Position numbers and translations under genes: made by a program. Below, piece after piece: positions 46,091 to 55,708 of a DNA stretch of 64,000 bases. Numbering within the stretch: the stretch's first letter is position 1; the number at the start of each line of letters is the position of its first letter. The stretch lies in contig JAFMBH010000007.1 of the NCBI GenBank assembly GCA_017858735.1, forward strand, positions 7,223-71,222, written 5' to 3'. Under the pieces are notes generated by a model. The model ran no database searches. It saw nothing but the letters and a program-made list of their open reading frames with translations, and was not told the DNA's origin. This stretch comes from Bacteroidota bacterium. Its GTDB lineage: Bacteria > Bacteroidota > Bacteroidia > Chitinophagales > Saprospiraceae.

Positions 46091-46178
46091 AATAATACCA
46101 TATTTTGCGGGCTTTATTACCCTTTTATTTGGATTTGGATTTTATTTTGGCCTAAAAGAATTTAAAAAATTTAAATAA
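46083..46178 (+). CDS. Candidate 31-aa single-TM micropeptide overlapping the stop of the 65-aa ORF
   Basis: This ORF is absent from the ORF track because it is under 60 aa. The ATG at 46083 overlaps the upstream TGA (46088-46090) and the stop is TAA at 46176-46178. It translates to MIEIIPYFAGFITLLFGFGFYFGLKEFKKFK. Confidence 0.3.
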   Translation: MIEIIPYFAGFITLLFGFGFYFGLKEFKKFK

Positions 46179-46320
46179 ACAAATAATAGTTATTAATGTA
46201 AAATCATTCGCTTCGTACATCCGAGATTGACATTTCACATTAAAGATTTCAATTATTTATTTAGGAAAAATTATTTTGAGCGTTTTTTCCGACTGAAATG
46301 AAATAGTTTTTTGCCCCGTA

Positions 46321-47085
46321 TCATATTTTCCAAGGATACCTTACTTCGGTAAGCGTTAATCCTTCGGCGGGAACTGATAACCCTTGTTTTATAAAGCTTT
46401 GATTTTCAAGGGCGTATTCAAGCTCTCCGAGGCTCAATTTTTTTATTCCAACTTGTATAAGTGCCCCTACAATTAATCGTACCATACCTCTTAGGAAGCG
46501 ATTGGCAGAAATTTTATAGGTGGCTGTTTGTTTTTCTTCATCGAAAATCCATGTGCTTTCATAAATTTGGCAAATCATACTTTGAGCGCTATGGCCTGTT
46601 TTACAAAATGGGGTAAAATCGTGGTGTTTAGCTATTAATTGTGCTGCTTTTTGCATAAGTAAAAAGTCAGGTTTCAGGACAAAACCATATTTCCAGGTAT
46701 TGTGAAGAACGAAAGGATTTTTTTGAAAGGTAATATGGTATTCATAAGTTCTACGGCAGGCCTGGAAACGCGCATGTCTGGCCAAGTCATCTTGAAGAAT
46801 AAATTGTTTAATGGCTATATCCTTAGGAAGTAATCTGTTAATGGTTTGCAAAAAATGGATAGGAAGTTCTTTATCTATATCAAAATGACAAAAGTATTGG
46901 CTGGCATGAACTCCTGTATCCGTTCTACCACAGCCGAAAATGGTTATAGTATTACGCAAAACGGTTGAAAATGCATTTTCAACCGTTTCCTGAACACTTA
47001 TTTTATTTGGTTGACGCTGCCAACCGTGGTAGTGAGTACCTAAGTACGAAAGTTCTACGAAATATCTTTTAACATCAGATACCAT
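46321..47085 (-). CDS. truA: tRNA pseudouridine(38-40) synthase
   Basis: The 254-aa ORF has YLGTHYHGWQRQ and the catalytic Asp motif GCGRTDTGVHA. Confidence 0.93.
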   Translation of the reverse strand: MVSDVKRYFVELSYLGTHYHGWQRQPNKISVQETVENAFSTVLRNTITIFGCGRTDTGVHASQYFCHFDIDKELPIHFLQTINRLLPKDIAIKQFILQDDLARHARFQACRRTYEYHITFQKNPFVLHNTWKYGFVLKPDFLLMQKAAQLIAKHHDFTPFCKTGHSAQSMICQIYESTWIFDEEKQTATYKISANRFLRGMVRLIVGALIQVGIKKLSLGELEYALENQSFIKQGLSVPAEGLTLTEVRYPWKI

Positions 47086-47095
47086 AATTTGACCA

Positions 47096-48376
47096 TTAGG
47101 CCGCGTGTTGGGAGGCTATTTTAGATCTGTTTAGTTTTTCCATGGCGTAGGAAAGATCCAGGTCAAAAGTTGTCTTGTCTTTTTGGGAGGGTAATTCGAA
47201 CATAGCATCGGTTAGAATAGCCTCACAAATAGAACGAAGACCACGTGCGCCCAATTTAAATTCCATGGCTTTTGTGGCAATAAAAGAAATTACCTCGGCA
47301 GAAAAATTTAATTCAACACCTTCATAACTAAATAATTTTTGATATTGCTTTACCAAAGAATTTTTAGGTTCTGTCATTATCCTGACTAACGCATCGTGAT
47401 CCAAAGGATCCAGATAGGTAAGAACCGGCAATCTTCCGATAAGCTCTGGAATAAGACCAAATGATTTTATGTCCTGCTGAGAAACGTATTGTAATAAATT
47501 TTCCTTATCAAATGACTTATCACCTTCCTTTTTGAAGCCTATAACCTGCGTGTTCACTCGTCGGGCAATAAGTTTTTCAATACCATCGAAAGCACCACCA
47601 CAAATAAAAAGGATATTTTCAGAATTAACCTTCACCATTTTTTGCTCAGGATGCTTTCTGCCACCTTGAGGGGGAACATTTATGTCGGTACCCTCAAGCA
47701 TTTTAAGTAAAGCCTGTTGAACACCTTCACCTGAGACATCACGGGTAATGGAAGGATTATCACTTTTTCTCGCAATCTTATCTATTTCGTCTATATATAC
47801 AATCCCTCTTTCTGCTGCGCTCACATTGTAATCACAGACCTGAAGTAACCGGCTTAAAATACTTTCCACGTCTTCACCAACATACCCTGCTTCGGTAAAA
47901 ACAGTAGCATCAACAATAGCGAAAGGAACGTTTAGCATACGTGCTATGGTTTTAGCCAGTAAGGTTTTTCCTGTTCCAGTGCGACCTATAAGAAGAATAT
48001 TTGATTTTTCAATTTCAACATCATCTTCTTTAGGTTGTTGAAGTCTTTTATAGTGATTATAAACAGCAACGGAAAGATACTTTTTTGCTTCGTCCTGACC
48101 AATAATATACTGGTCTAACTTAGCTTTCATCTCCATAGGAGAAAGAATATGATTTTCAGAAGAATCTTGCTTATCTGAAGAGAGATTAGCATTTCCCGCT
48201 CCTTTCGTACGCACGCCATTTTTCATGCCACCATACAGTTCTTCCTGAACAATATCATGAGCTTGCTCAACACACACCTCACAGACATGGGCATTAATAC
48301 CAGCTATGAGCATGAGTGTTTCCGACTTATCTTTTCCACAAAATGAACAGTGGAAGGATGTTTTATTTTTTGCCAT
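47096..48376 (-). CDS. clpX: ATP-dependent Clp protease ATP-binding subunit ClpX
   Basis: The 426-aa ORF has the zinc-binding N-terminus CSFCGK...CEVC, the Walker A motif [14 protein letters not shown], and [10 protein letters not shown]. Confidence 0.97.
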   Translation of the reverse strand: MAKNKTSFHCSFCGKDKSETLMLIAGINAHVCEVCVEQAHDIVQEELYGGMKNGVRTKGAGNANLSSDKQDSSENHILSPMEMKAKLDQYIIGQDEAKKYLSVAVYNHYKRLQQPKEDDVEIEKSNILLIGRTGTGKTLLAKTIARMLNVPFAIVDATVFTEAGYVGEDVESILSRLLQVCDYNVSAAERGIVYIDEIDKIARKSDNPSITRDVSGEGVQQALLKMLEGTDINVPPQGGRKHPEQKMVKVNSENILFICGGAFDGIEKLIARRVNTQVIGFKKEGDKSFDKENLLQYVSQQDIKSFGLIPELIGRLPVLTYLDPLDHDALVRIMTEPKNSLVKQYQKLFSYEGVELNFSAEVISFIATKAMEFKLGARGLRSICEAILTDAMFELPSQKDKTTFDLDLSYAMEKLNRSKIASQHAA

Positions 48377-48392
48377 TTATTTCGCTGAAGAA

Positions 48393-49106
48393 TTAAGCTT
48401 CTTTCTTTTTTTCTTTGTTGCTTTTATCCAGGACCTCGTCTAATAATCCGTAAGCTACCGCTTCTTTGGAGGTCATCCAATTATCTCTGTCACAGTCCTT
48501 TTCAATAGTTTCATAAGTCTGACCAGTATGATTGCTAAGGATATCGTATAACGATTTTTGTTGTTCTTTAACTAAAGTGTAGTAAATCTCCATATCAGAT
48601 ACCTGCCCTTGCATGCCACCTAATGGTTGGTGAATCATAACACGGCTATGTGGAAGACCAGATCTTTTTCCTTTGGTACCCGCTGCCAAAAGTACGGCAC
48701 CCATTGACGCTGCCATACCTGTGCAGATAGTTGCTACGTCGGGGCTTATGTACTGCATGGTGTCGTAAATACCCAAGCCAGCTATAACAGAACCTCCGGG
48801 ACTATTTAGAAACATTTGAACGTCTCTTTTAGCGTCTGTAGACTCTAAAAATAATAATTGAGCTTGAATTACATTAGCAACATATTCATCAATAGCTAGA
48901 CCAAGGAAAATAATCCTATCCATCATCAGCCTGGAGAATACGTCTAAACCAACGATATTCATCGATCTTTCCTCGATAACATTGGGGGTAAACGCTCTGA
49001 TATCAGGGATAAAAGATCCTGATTTTTGCGCATATTTATCCAAGTGCATGCCGCTCATTCCTAAATGTTGAACAGCGTATTTACGGAACTCATCTTTTTG
49101 AATCAT
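48393..49106 (-). CDS. clpP: ATP-dependent Clp protease proteolytic subunit
   Basis: The 237-aa ORF has the catalytic Ser in GMAASMGA and His in RVMIHQP. Confidence 0.97.
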   Translation of the reverse strand: MIQKDEFRKYAVQHLGMSGMHLDKYAQKSGSFIPDIRAFTPNVIEERSMNIVGLDVFSRLMMDRIIFLGLAIDEYVANVIQAQLLFLESTDAKRDVQMFLNSPGGSVIAGLGIYDTMQYISPDVATICTGMAASMGAVLLAAGTKGKRSGLPHSRVMIHQPLGGMQGQVSDMEIYYTLVKEQQKSLYDILSNHTGQTYETIEKDCDRDNWMTSKEAVAYGLLDEVLDKSNKEKKKEA

Positions 49107-49182
49107 GGTTTAAGTTTATTTATTAGAGAAACAACCAAAATAAAATAGGGTTTTAATTACTCAGGAATAAATTAATTAAAAA

Positions 49183-50601
49183 TTACTCTGCCACTATTTC
49201 CTCTTCACTATTTTCTCCTTCAAGATTTTCTTGCTTGTTGAATATTTTTGTCTTTTCTTCAAAAGCCTCTTTAGTCAGAACTATTTCATTTAGACTAACA
49301 GCCTCTTGAATTTTGAACATCATCATAGAATTTTCCAATTCATCATAAGCTTGATTAACCTGTTTTTCGTCGTCCATCATTTTTTCAACCATATTTTGAA
49401 TAAATGATTCCATTCCTGCAACCTGCTGTCCAAAATAACCTCTAATTTTACTGGATAGGTGGCTTTGAACCATTTCCTTAGTCACCTGAACGTTCAATGC
49501 GCCCAATAAAAGCGATTTTAAGTAGCTCCATTTGATGGAGGACATAACATTTGGAAATTCAATTTCCAGTTTTTCAGCCGTTAAATTCTTGTCAGATTCA
49601 AGTAAATACCTTTTGATAAAAGTTTCAGGCAACTGGATTTCATGTGAGGTCATAAGTTTTTCCTGAATATCTCTGAATAGAAGACCGTTGGAATAACTTA
49701 AGGTCTCATTACCCAGGTGCTTTCTTATAACCTCTTTACCTTCAGTACTATTGGTTACATTGTTTGTGCCAAATGCTTTTTGGAAAAAGGCTTCATCTTC
49801 AGTAGCTGGCAGGATTCTTTTAGCTTCAAGGATTTTCAAGCTAAACTTATCTGAAAAAGTACTGTCGTCGCTTTCGTCTAATTTAAGAATATGCTTTCTA
49901 AATAACTTTTCCTCTAATCTGGCGTCAAGATCAGTAACTTTATCGATAGTAAATGAATCACCTACGGAAAGTTTTTTTAGTTGATTTTTTATAGCTTCAC
50001 TTACATCATCGAAACTGATGATATTATTTACTCTGAGTGAATCAGCTTTTTCCTCACCATCGATGAGTTCGGTAAGATCACAGGTTAATAAATCTCCCAG
50101 CGTAAATTCTTTCTCAATAGGAGAAGGTTCCCCTAAATCTTTTAACAAATTTTGGTAAGCTTCCTCTACTTTATCACCCGGAACTTCCTGAACAAAATAA
50201 TCATAGGTAGTATCTTTGTCAAGACCCAATAATTTGACTTCAGGATAAAGGCCTACATCAAAAAGGAAATCCATAGGTTCTAAATGAAAAACATCAAAGT
50301 CATAAACGACTTGTTTCTCATTAATAAGGGGCTCGCCAAATAAGAGAAGTTTTTCATCCCTTATAAAATTTGACAAACCTTCTTTTACTTCATTATTAAC
50401 AATATCGAGAAGTACAGACTGACCATACAACTTTTTTACGTAGCTCTCAGGGGTTTTTCCTTTCCTAAAGCCTTTGATTTGAGCTTTTTGGGCATACTTT
50501 TTTAGCTCGGCGTTTAACTTAGGCAGATAATCATCTGGTGCAAGTTTAACAGTAAGAACGGCACTCAATTCATCCACATTTTCTCTGACGACAGTTGGCA
50601 T
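49183..50601 (-). CDS. tig: Trigger factor
   Basis: The 472-aa ORF has the ribosome-binding motif GFRKGKTP near its N-terminus. It sits upstream of clpP-clpX. Confidence 0.92.
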   Translation of the reverse strand: MPTVVRENVDELSAVLTVKLAPDDYLPKLNAELKKYAQKAQIKGFRKGKTPESYVKKLYGQSVLLDIVNNEVKEGLSNFIRDEKLLLFGEPLINEKQVVYDFDVFHLEPMDFLFDVGLYPEVKLLGLDKDTTYDYFVQEVPGDKVEEAYQNLLKDLGEPSPIEKEFTLGDLLTCDLTELIDGEEKADSLRVNNIISFDDVSEAIKNQLKKLSVGDSFTIDKVTDLDARLEEKLFRKHILKLDESDDSTFSDKFSLKILEAKRILPATEDEAFFQKAFGTNNVTNSTEGKEVIRKHLGNETLSYSNGLLFRDIQEKLMTSHEIQLPETFIKRYLLESDKNLTAEKLEIEFPNVMSSIKWSYLKSLLLGALNVQVTKEMVQSHLSSKIRGYFGQQVAGMESFIQNMVEKMMDDEKQVNQAYDELENSMMMFKIQEAVSLNEIVLTKEAFEEKTKIFNKQENLEGENSEEEIVAE

Positions 50602-50640
50602 AAGGCTGAATTATTTGATTTAATGAAATGGGTAAGACTA

Positions 50641-50675
50641 AAAAAATTTTGCAGTTACCCAAAGAGGATAACTGC
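50641..50675 (-). terminator. Hairpin plus U-tract between tRNA-Leu and tig (terminator or processing element)
   Basis: On the minus strand, gcagttatcc-tcttt-gggtaactgc forms a 7-bp perfect stem that extends to 10 bp with one mismatch. It is followed by aaaatttttt. Confidence 0.45.
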
Positions 50676-50689
50676 AAATATAACATTTG

Positions 50690-50771
50690 TACGGGTGAAG
50701 GGACTCGAACCCCCACGCCTCGCGGCACCAGATCCTAAGTCTGGCACGTCTACCAATTTCGCCACACCCGC
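50690..50771 (-). tRNA. tRNA-Leu (anticodon UAG)
   Basis: The minus strand reads GCGGGTGTGGCGAAATTGGTAGACGTGCCAGACTTAGGATCTGGTGCCGCGAGGCGTGGGGGTTCGAGTCCCTTCACCCGTA. The anticodon stem CCAGA/TCTGG carries the loop CTTAGGA. There is a long variable arm (GCC-GCGA-GGC) and a TTCGAGT T-loop. The acceptor stem has G1-U72, and no CCA is encoded. Confidence 0.88.
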
Positions 50772-50820
50772 GTACAATCAATAAATTAAGCTGATATTCA
50801 GCTTTTAAATAAATTGAGCG

Positions 50821-50828
50821 CAAATATA
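50821..50828 (-). promoter_or_regulatory. Candidate -7 box (TATATTTG) upstream of tRNA-Leu
   Basis: The minus strand reads TATATTTG, matching TAnnTTTG, about 50 nt upstream of the mature tRNA 5' end. The leader in between contains the palindrome aagctgaatatcagctt. Confidence 0.3.
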
Positions 50829-50972
50829 AGTTAATTTATAATTAATAAGAAATATAAATTGAAACTTAAGTGTATTTTTTTGTAGAAAAAATTAAATGAT
50901 GGTTAAATGGGACAAAATCAGTATTTTAGCCGTTATGTAAAAGTAGTTTATAATTATTGTTGTTAAAAGAGT

Positions 50973-53195
50973 ATGGAAACATTTTTGGTTGGTGTACAGG
51001 AGGAACTCAAAGTAGTTGAAACAGCTTACGAGGGGCTTATTCAATCTATTAGAGTGTCTATGGATGAAAAAGATCGGAAAAATATCAGAGAAGCTTACGA
51101 AATTGCCCTGAAAGCCCATGCTAATCAAAGAAGGAAATCTGGCGATCCGTATATTTTGCATCCCATAGCCGTAGCAAGAATATGCGCTGAGGAAATCGGC
51201 TTGGGACCAACGGGTATCATTTGTGCCCTTTTACACGACGTTGTAGAGGATACAGAAATTACTTTATCTGATGTTGAAAATAAATTTGGCGTTCGGGTAG
51301 CTAAAATCGTAGATGGTCTAACAAAGCTTGATGCGGCATATAATGCGGAAAGTCACCAGGCAGAAAATTTCAAGAAGGTGCTTTCTACCTTGATTGATGA
51401 TGTCAGAGTAGTACTCATTAAAATGGCCGACAGGTTGCATAATATGCGAACCCTCGGGTTTATGGAACGTCATAAACAACTGAAAATAGCTGCAGAAACG
51501 AGTTATATTTATGCTCCGTTGGCTCATCGGCTGGGACTATACAACTTTAAAACGGAGTTTTTAGACCTTTGTATGAAGATAACTGATGCCGAGGCTTATC
51601 AGAATATAGCTAAAAAGCTGAATGAGACAAAAAGGGATAGAGAAAATTATATCAATAAATTTATTGCCCCATTAAAGGAAAAACTAAATGAACTTGGTTT
51701 TGCCTATCGAATTTTTGGTCGGCCTAAATCTATTTATTCCATCTGGAATAAAATCAGAACTAAAAAAGTAGCGTTTGAAGAAGTTTATGATTTATTTGCC
51801 GTTCGAATCATCATCGATGTGCCCGCTGAAAAAGAACGTATTAGTTGCTGGCAAGCTTACTCGGTTGTAACCGACGTTCATACGCCTATCGCAGACAGAT
51901 TAAAAGACTGGATTACCACACCGAAATCAAATGGTTACGAGTCATTACACACTACGGTGATTGGGCCAAATGGTCGCTTTGTGGAAGTCCAGATTCGTAC
52001 TGAACGAATGGACGAAATTTCAGAAAAGGGCTATGCCGCACATTGGAAATATAAGGGAATATCATCACAACCAGATGTTTATGAGCGTTGGTTAGATTCT
52101 GTAAGGGAAACCATTGATAATCCTTCGGCCAATGCCATAGAGTTTTTAGTGGATTTTCGGGCCAATAGTCTGTTTAAGGAGGAGGTATATATTTACACGC
52201 CTAAAGGGGACGTTCAATTGCTTCCGGCGGGTTCAACAGCGCTTGATTTTGCTTTCCATATACACACCGATGTTGGGTATCATTGTACTTCCGTCAGAGT
52301 CAATAATAAATTGGTTCCTTTTGGTAAAGTATTAAAAAATGGGGATCAGATACAAGTTCATACTTCAAAAAATCAAAAACCTTCGGAAGATTGGTTGAAG
52401 ATGACCACCACGGGCAAAGCGCAGGCCAAAATAAGGTCTGCAATGAAGGAGGAGAGAAAAAGAAAAGGTGAAATAGGAAAGGAATATTTAGAAAGGAAGT
52501 TAAAAAATCTGAAAGTCGAATTTGAGGAATCTTTAGAGCTTATTTTAAAGGTGTTTGACTACAAATCATCGGTAGATCTTTATTACGATATCGCTAATGA
52601 AACCAGAGATATTCAGGATATTTTTAAAAGGTTGCACGTTGATACCGGAAAACTAAAAGAAATTTCTGCTCCTTTAGTTTTTCCCGAGACAGATAAACAG
52701 GTCGCGGATAAGAAAACGTCTGTTAAGCCGTCGGAGAAACCAAAGCTATTGGTAAATGGTGAATCAGCAGAGCAATATGAATATAGTCTGGCAAATTGTT
52801 GTAATCCACTTCCCGGCGATGACATTTTCGCTTTTCTAACGCATAATGTCGGACTTAAAATTCACAGAAGTTCCTGCCCTAATGCAGCTCATTTAATGGT
52901 GAATTATGGTTATAGAATTTTGTCTGCATCCTGGCAGCAAACTACTAATGAGGTTAATTTTATTGCAGAAATTAAAATAACAGGTGTAGATAGTGGCCCG
53001 GGCGTGATCGAACAGCTTTCTCACCAGATTTCTTCACAATTAGGCCTGAATATTCGCTCTATGGCCATTGAAGGTGACGAGGGTTACTTCGAGTGCAGGC
53101 TAAAAATAATAATTAAAAACACGGACCAGCTGCAAATGGTTATTAAATCTTTACAGGCGCTTGATAATATTTCTTCGGTGGTTAGGCTAGATTGA
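50973..53195 (+). CDS. rel: Bifunctional (p)ppGpp synthetase/hydrolase, RelA/SpoT family
   Basis: The 740-aa ORF has the HD hydrolase domain (RKSGDPYILHP...LLHDVVEDT) and the synthetase domain (GRPKSIYSIWNKI...DLFAVRII...YESLHTTV). TGS (VYIYTPKGDV) and a C-terminal ACT domain follow. Confidence 0.95.
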   Translation: METFLVGVQEELKVVETAYEGLIQSIRVSMDEKDRKNIREAYEIALKAHANQRRKSGDPYILHPIAVARICAEEIGLGPTGIICALLHDVVEDTEITLSDVENKFGVRVAKIVDGLTKLDAAYNAESHQAENFKKVLSTLIDDVRVVLIKMADRLHNMRTLGFMERHKQLKIAAETSYIYAPLAHRLGLYNFKTEFLDLCMKITDAEAYQNIAKKLNETKRDRENYINKFIAPLKEKLNELGFAYRIFGRPKSIYSIWNKIRTKKVAFEEVYDLFAVRIIIDVPAEKERISCWQAYSVVTDVHTPIADRLKDWITTPKSNGYESLHTTVIGPNGRFVEVQIRTERMDEISEKGYAAHWKYKGISSQPDVYERWLDSVRETIDNPSANAIEFLVDFRANSLFKEEVYIYTPKGDVQLLPAGSTALDFAFHIHTDVGYHCTSVRVNNKLVPFGKVLKNGDQIQVHTSKNQKPSEDWLKMTTTGKAQAKIRSAMKEERKRKGEIGKEYLERKLKNLKVEFEESLELILKVFDYKSSVDLYYDIANETRDIQDIFKRLHVDTGKLKEISAPLVFPETDKQVADKKTSVKPSEKPKLLVNGESAEQYEYSLANCCNPLPGDDIFAFLTHNVGLKIHRSSCPNAAHLMVNYGYRILSASWQQTTNEVNFIAEIKITGVDSGPGVIEQLSHQISSQLGLNIRSMAIEGDEGYFECRLKIIIKNTDQLQMVIKSLQALDNISSVVRLD

Positions 53196-53222
53196 TTAAA
53201 TTTGTTGAATAATACAAAGATC

Positions 53223-53711
53223 ATGGTTGAGACAAAAACTACAAATGAAGTTTTTACAGAGGTAAAAAAAATATTTACCGCGTTTCTGGAACAACAGAAT
53301 CAGCGTAAAACTCCGGAAAGATTCGCCATTTTAGAGGAAATTTACCATAGAACGGATCATTTTGATGCCGAAGCGCTCTATATTCACATGAAAAATCAAA
53401 GTTATAGGGTGAGTAGAGCTACCGTTTATAATACCCTGGAACTGTTGGTTCACTGCGATCTGGTGAAGCGTCATCAGTTTGGCAAAAATCTAGCTCAATA
53501 CGAAAAATCTTTTGGTTTCAAACAACATGATCACTTAATCTGTCTTGATTGTAGTAAAGTACTTGAATTTTGTGATCCAAGAATTCAGCAAATAAAAACG
53601 ATGATGGGCGAACTTCTTCACTTTAAAATTGCGCATCATTCCCTAAATCTTTATGGACATTGTGATGGCGCTTGTGATAAAAACAAGAAAAACTCACCTA
53701 CTCCTACTTAA
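53223..53711 (+). CDS. fur: Fur family transcriptional regulator
   Basis: The ORF track starts at TTG 53202; I prefer ATG 53223 (MVETKTT...). Family blocks are RKTPERFAILEEIY, RVSRATVYNTLELLV and HDHLICLDCSKVLEF. Confidence 0.85.
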   Translation: MVETKTTNEVFTEVKKIFTAFLEQQNQRKTPERFAILEEIYHRTDHFDAEALYIHMKNQSYRVSRATVYNTLELLVHCDLVKRHQFGKNLAQYEKSFGFKQHDHLICLDCSKVLEFCDPRIQQIKTMMGELLHFKIAHHSLNLYGHCDGACDKNKKNSPTPT

Positions 53712-54614
53712 ATAAACGCCAAACAAAATCAAAAACATTCCGGCAAAATTCCACCAACCCATTATTTCTCCGTCTAAAAATCCCCACATCATAGCCACTA
53801 ATGGCATCATATAAGCTACCATAGAGCCAAAAAGGGGAGAGGTTTGCTGAATGAGTTCGAAAAATATAACAGAAGCTAATACGGTGCTTACTAATGATAA
53901 AAAGAAAATGTAACCTACCGCTTGCCATGCTCCGGGTTGGACACTTAAAATTTCTGTAAAATTGGTGAATCCTATCAGATAAACAAACAGGGGCACGCCT
54001 GTTAACCCAAAAGAGTAAATACTAATTTGAAAACTTGGCATCCCTTTCAGTTTTGTTCCCACTACGTTCGTTCCGGTACCATATAATAAAGCGGCAATAA
54101 CCACTAATATGCCCCAGCGTACTTCTCCTTCTGGTATGAAAATTGACCCTAGAGTAAGTAATAAATAAGCACCGGCAAGACCTAGTATTACGCCAAATAT
54201 TCTAAGCCAGGCAAAAGGTAAATTGAAAAATAAAATGCCCAGGAATAAAGTAAATAAAGGCGTTAATGAATTCAATATACCAGCCATGGATGAACTGATA
54301 TGCATTTGTGCATTGGCAAACAAAAATGCCGGAATCGTACTACTTGCCAGGCCAACAAAAATAATCAGATGAACTTTACTCCAGTCAAATTTTTTAAACT
54401 GTAAGATCATAAAGGGCAAAAATATTAACCCTGACATCCCCATACGCAAGCTGGCAACCTGTTCGGGCGGAAAAACACTCAGACCTTTTTTAATTAATAT
54501 GAAGGACGTCCCCCAAATCAAACTTAGAATAAATAACGTCAGGTAGGCAGTACCTTTCGAAATTGTAGTGGGAAATAATATCCTTTTCATAAATTTTGAA
54601 GAAATTTGGCGCAA
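53694..54614 (-). CDS. DMT superfamily (EamA-like) transporter
   Basis: The 306-aa ORF has about 10 TM helices in two EamA-type halves (LIWGTSFILIKKGL...). Its 3' end overlaps the fur 3' end by 18 nt in convergent orientation. Confidence 0.82.
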   Translation of the reverse strand: MRQISSKFMKRILFPTTISKGTAYLTLFILSLIWGTSFILIKKGLSVFPPEQVASLRMGMSGLIFLPFMILQFKKFDWSKVHLIIFVGLASSTIPAFLFANAQMHISSSMAGILNSLTPLFTLFLGILFFNLPFAWLRIFGVILGLAGAYLLLTLGSIFIPEGEVRWGILVVIAALLYGTGTNVVGTKLKGMPSFQISIYSFGLTGVPLFVYLIGFTNFTEILSVQPGAWQAVGYIFFLSLVSTVLASVIFFELIQQTSPLFGSMVAYMMPLVAMMWGFLDGEIMGWWNFAGMFLILFGVYLSRSR

Positions 54615-54704
54615 ATTAACTTTTCTTTGCAGATGTTGTTAACTTTTATACCTTTAAATGGTTCATTCTGTTTTGGAATTCCTTTTTATTAGACAATTAT
54701 ATTT

Positions 54705-55661
54705 ATGAAAGTAACTGATTATTTAAAAAATGCAGGCAATAATACGCTGATCTCTTTTGAAGTTCTACCGCCGCTGAAAGGAAGTGGTATGCAAGATATT
54801 TTTAATCTTTTAGATCCGTTAATGGAGTTTAAGCCTCCTTTTATTGATGTGACATATCACAGAGAGGAATATATTTATAAAAAGCAGGATTCAGGTTATT
54901 ACGAGAAAACGGCCATAAGAAAAAGACCCGGAACGGTGGGTATCTGTGCTGCCATAATGCATCGATATGATGTAGATGCCGTTCCACACCTCATCTGTGG
55001 TGGCTTTAACAGGGAGGATACCGAAAATGCGCTCATTGATTTAAATTTTCTTGAAATAAATAATGTTCTTGCCTTACGAGGTGATGCACTGCAATTTGAC
55101 TCTAAATTTGTCCCCGAACCAGGCGGAAATGCTTATGCACTCGATTTGGTTAAGCAAGTAAATGATATGAATCATGGTCGATATTTAGATGAAAATATTG
55201 AAAATGGACAAAAAACTAACTTTTGTATTGGCATTGCCGGCTATCCAGAAAAACATTTTGAGGCTCCAAATATGGAAAGTGATCTTGCTTTTATAAAACA
55301 AAAGGTCGAGGCTGGTGCTGAATATATCGTTACTCAAATGTTCTTTGATAACGAAAAATATTTTGAATATGTAGAAAGTTGCAGAAATGCTGGTATTCAT
55401 ATTCCCATTGTACCAGGTTTAAAACCGCTTACGAAAATGTATCAGCTCAGTTCAATTCCCCGTCATTTTTATATTAATCTTCCTGAAGATTTAGTTTCAG
55501 CTTTTCTTTCAGCAAAAACGATGGAGGCAAAACGTCAGGTGGGCATCGAATGGTGCGTAGCGCAAAGCCAGGAACTTAAGGCAGCGGGAGTACCTTGCCT
55601 GCATTACTACACTATGGGTGATGTGGATACCATTAAAAAAATTGCGGAATCCGTATTTTAA
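54705..55661 (+). CDS. metF: Methylenetetrahydrofolate reductase
   Basis: The 318-aa ORF has SFEVLPP, FIDVTYH, LALRGD, GIAGYPEKH and AGAEYIVTQMFFD blocks. Confidence 0.93.
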   Translation: MKVTDYLKNAGNNTLISFEVLPPLKGSGMQDIFNLLDPLMEFKPPFIDVTYHREEYIYKKQDSGYYEKTAIRKRPGTVGICAAIMHRYDVDAVPHLICGGFNREDTENALIDLNFLEINNVLALRGDALQFDSKFVPEPGGNAYALDLVKQVNDMNHGRYLDENIENGQKTNFCIGIAGYPEKHFEAPNMESDLAFIKQKVEAGAEYIVTQMFFDNEKYFEYVESCRNAGIHIPIVPGLKPLTKMYQLSSIPRHFYINLPEDLVSAFLSAKTMEAKRQVGIEWCVAQSQELKAAGVPCLHYYTMGDVDTIKKIAESVF

Positions 55662-55708
55662 TATTATTTTAGTCTGTTTTATTGATTCATTTTCCAAATT
55701 ACTGTTTT

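Noticed and set aside
50638-50823. A 61-aa minus-strand ORF.
   Set aside because: It is translated straight through the tRNA-Leu gene (50690-50771) and its flanks, so it is spurious.
50892-51161. An 89-aa minus-strand ORF overlapping the rel start region.
   Set aside because: It is AT-rich and low-complexity, antisense to the strongly conserved rel N-terminus, and shows no motif.
54615-54704. A SAM or other riboswitch upstream of metF.
   Set aside because: The spacer is only 90 nt. It shows no conserved riboswitch core sequences or convincing helices that I can recognise.
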